A stretch of DNA of 64,000 nucleotides from Harriotta raleighana. Lineage: Eukaryota. This document shows positions 63,265-64,000 of the stretch, in pieces. Position numbers and translations under genes: made by a program. The stretch spans positions 1,925,053 to 1,989,052 of the forward strand of contig JBNZDD010013599.1 of the NCBI GenBank assembly GCA_050575255.1, given 5' to 3'. Below the pieces are notes generated by a model that was not told the DNA's origin, did no database searches, and was given only the letters and a program-made list of their open reading frames with translations. Positions within the stretch are counted from its first letter, which is position 1, and every line of letters begins with the position of its first letter.

Positions 63265-63334
63265 AGCGTTGGTACGTCTTCCCAACGTGAAAGCACTATG
63301 CCAAATAGCATTTTGTTCTTGTTGTTGTTGTTGT
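63265..63334 (+). mobile_element. L2 mini-tail
   Basis: AGCGTTGGTACGTCTTCCCAACGTGAAAGCACTAT...ATTTT(GTT)n. Confidence 0.65.
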
Positions 63335-63824
63335 GTTAAGCCCAAGCTAATCATGCTATTCCCATCCTCTTGAGATCAGTGTGAGGAACTGTTTGATTGA
63401 CACGGGTTGTTGTGGGGACAAATGCAACAGATGCAAACCAACTCCTCAACAGTTCATCAAAAGGTTCTTGGATGGTTTGATGCACGAACTTCGAATAATT
63501 CGGGGCCTTAAATATACGACATTCAAGAGGTGAACAGTTGTTGAAGACGACTCAGAAGTCGAAACACACTGTGTGAGTTCTTACTGCTGTGGATTCCACT
63601 TTAGATAGTTTTCTTGGGTTGAGTTTGAAACGAATGTGTTTTCAAAGTCAAACGATAAGAACAAAGAGTTTGTCATTTGTTCGTGAAACGGAGAGAAGGA
63701 GAGATCTTTACAGCTCCTTTTAGCTGAACCTTTAACGTATATCTCAAGTGGCATAACGCCAATCTTTGGGATTCTGTTTCCTCACCAGCTGAGAGTATAA
63801 CTCAATGACATCTTGGTTTTACAG

Positions 63825-63936
63825 AATCTCTGGCAACTAAACCCAGAGAAGGTTGGAATTCCACCAAAGCGTTTTCGAAGCAAGGATAATTTGTTGGAGA
63901 TTATGAGAAGCTATCCATGCTCATGATGAACAACAG
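63825..63936 (+). other. Candidate 112-nt exon, possibly 5'UTR ending in a start codon
   Basis: Acceptor TCTTGGTTTTACAG, donor CAG|GTAGGG with intronic G-runs; ends ATG CTC ATG ATG AAC AAC AG. Confidence 0.25.
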
Positions 63937-64000
63937 GTAGGGAGGGGGAGTGGGGGGAAAGGTCTGTGGGAGTATTGGCAGCCAAACTACCATCCTGTTT

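Overview
Eukaryotic, essentially non-coding (intergenic or large-intron) DNA from a vertebrate. The repeat content points to a cartilaginous fish, plausibly a chimaera; this is inferred from recalled repeat consensuses, not from a search. I recognise no host protein-coding gene, rRNA, bona fide tRNA or CRISPR array. The ORF track is explained by chance ORFs and decayed LINE ORF2 pieces. The window is dominated by 5'-truncated L2 and CR1 LINE fragments, tRNA-derived Deu-domain SINEs with L2-type tails, two pogo/Tigger-like DNA-transposon remnants and a Penelope-like terminus. There are 19 single-N joins, most flanked by near-identical duplicates that look like unmerged haplotigs, and one 382-N gap. 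The best leads are a CpG-rich CCAAT/GC-box promoter candidate at about 45.5-45.9 kb with a possible minus-strand spliced transcript, several unassigned candidate exons (including a 296-nt fully open one), a dimeric Deu-core/L2-tail retroposon with a possibly polymorphic sister insertion, ~55-bp L2 stem-loop mini-inserts landing in other elements' tails, and a degenerate hammerhead-like motif. I found no convincing new biological system. Repeat boundaries are approximate and were read by eye.
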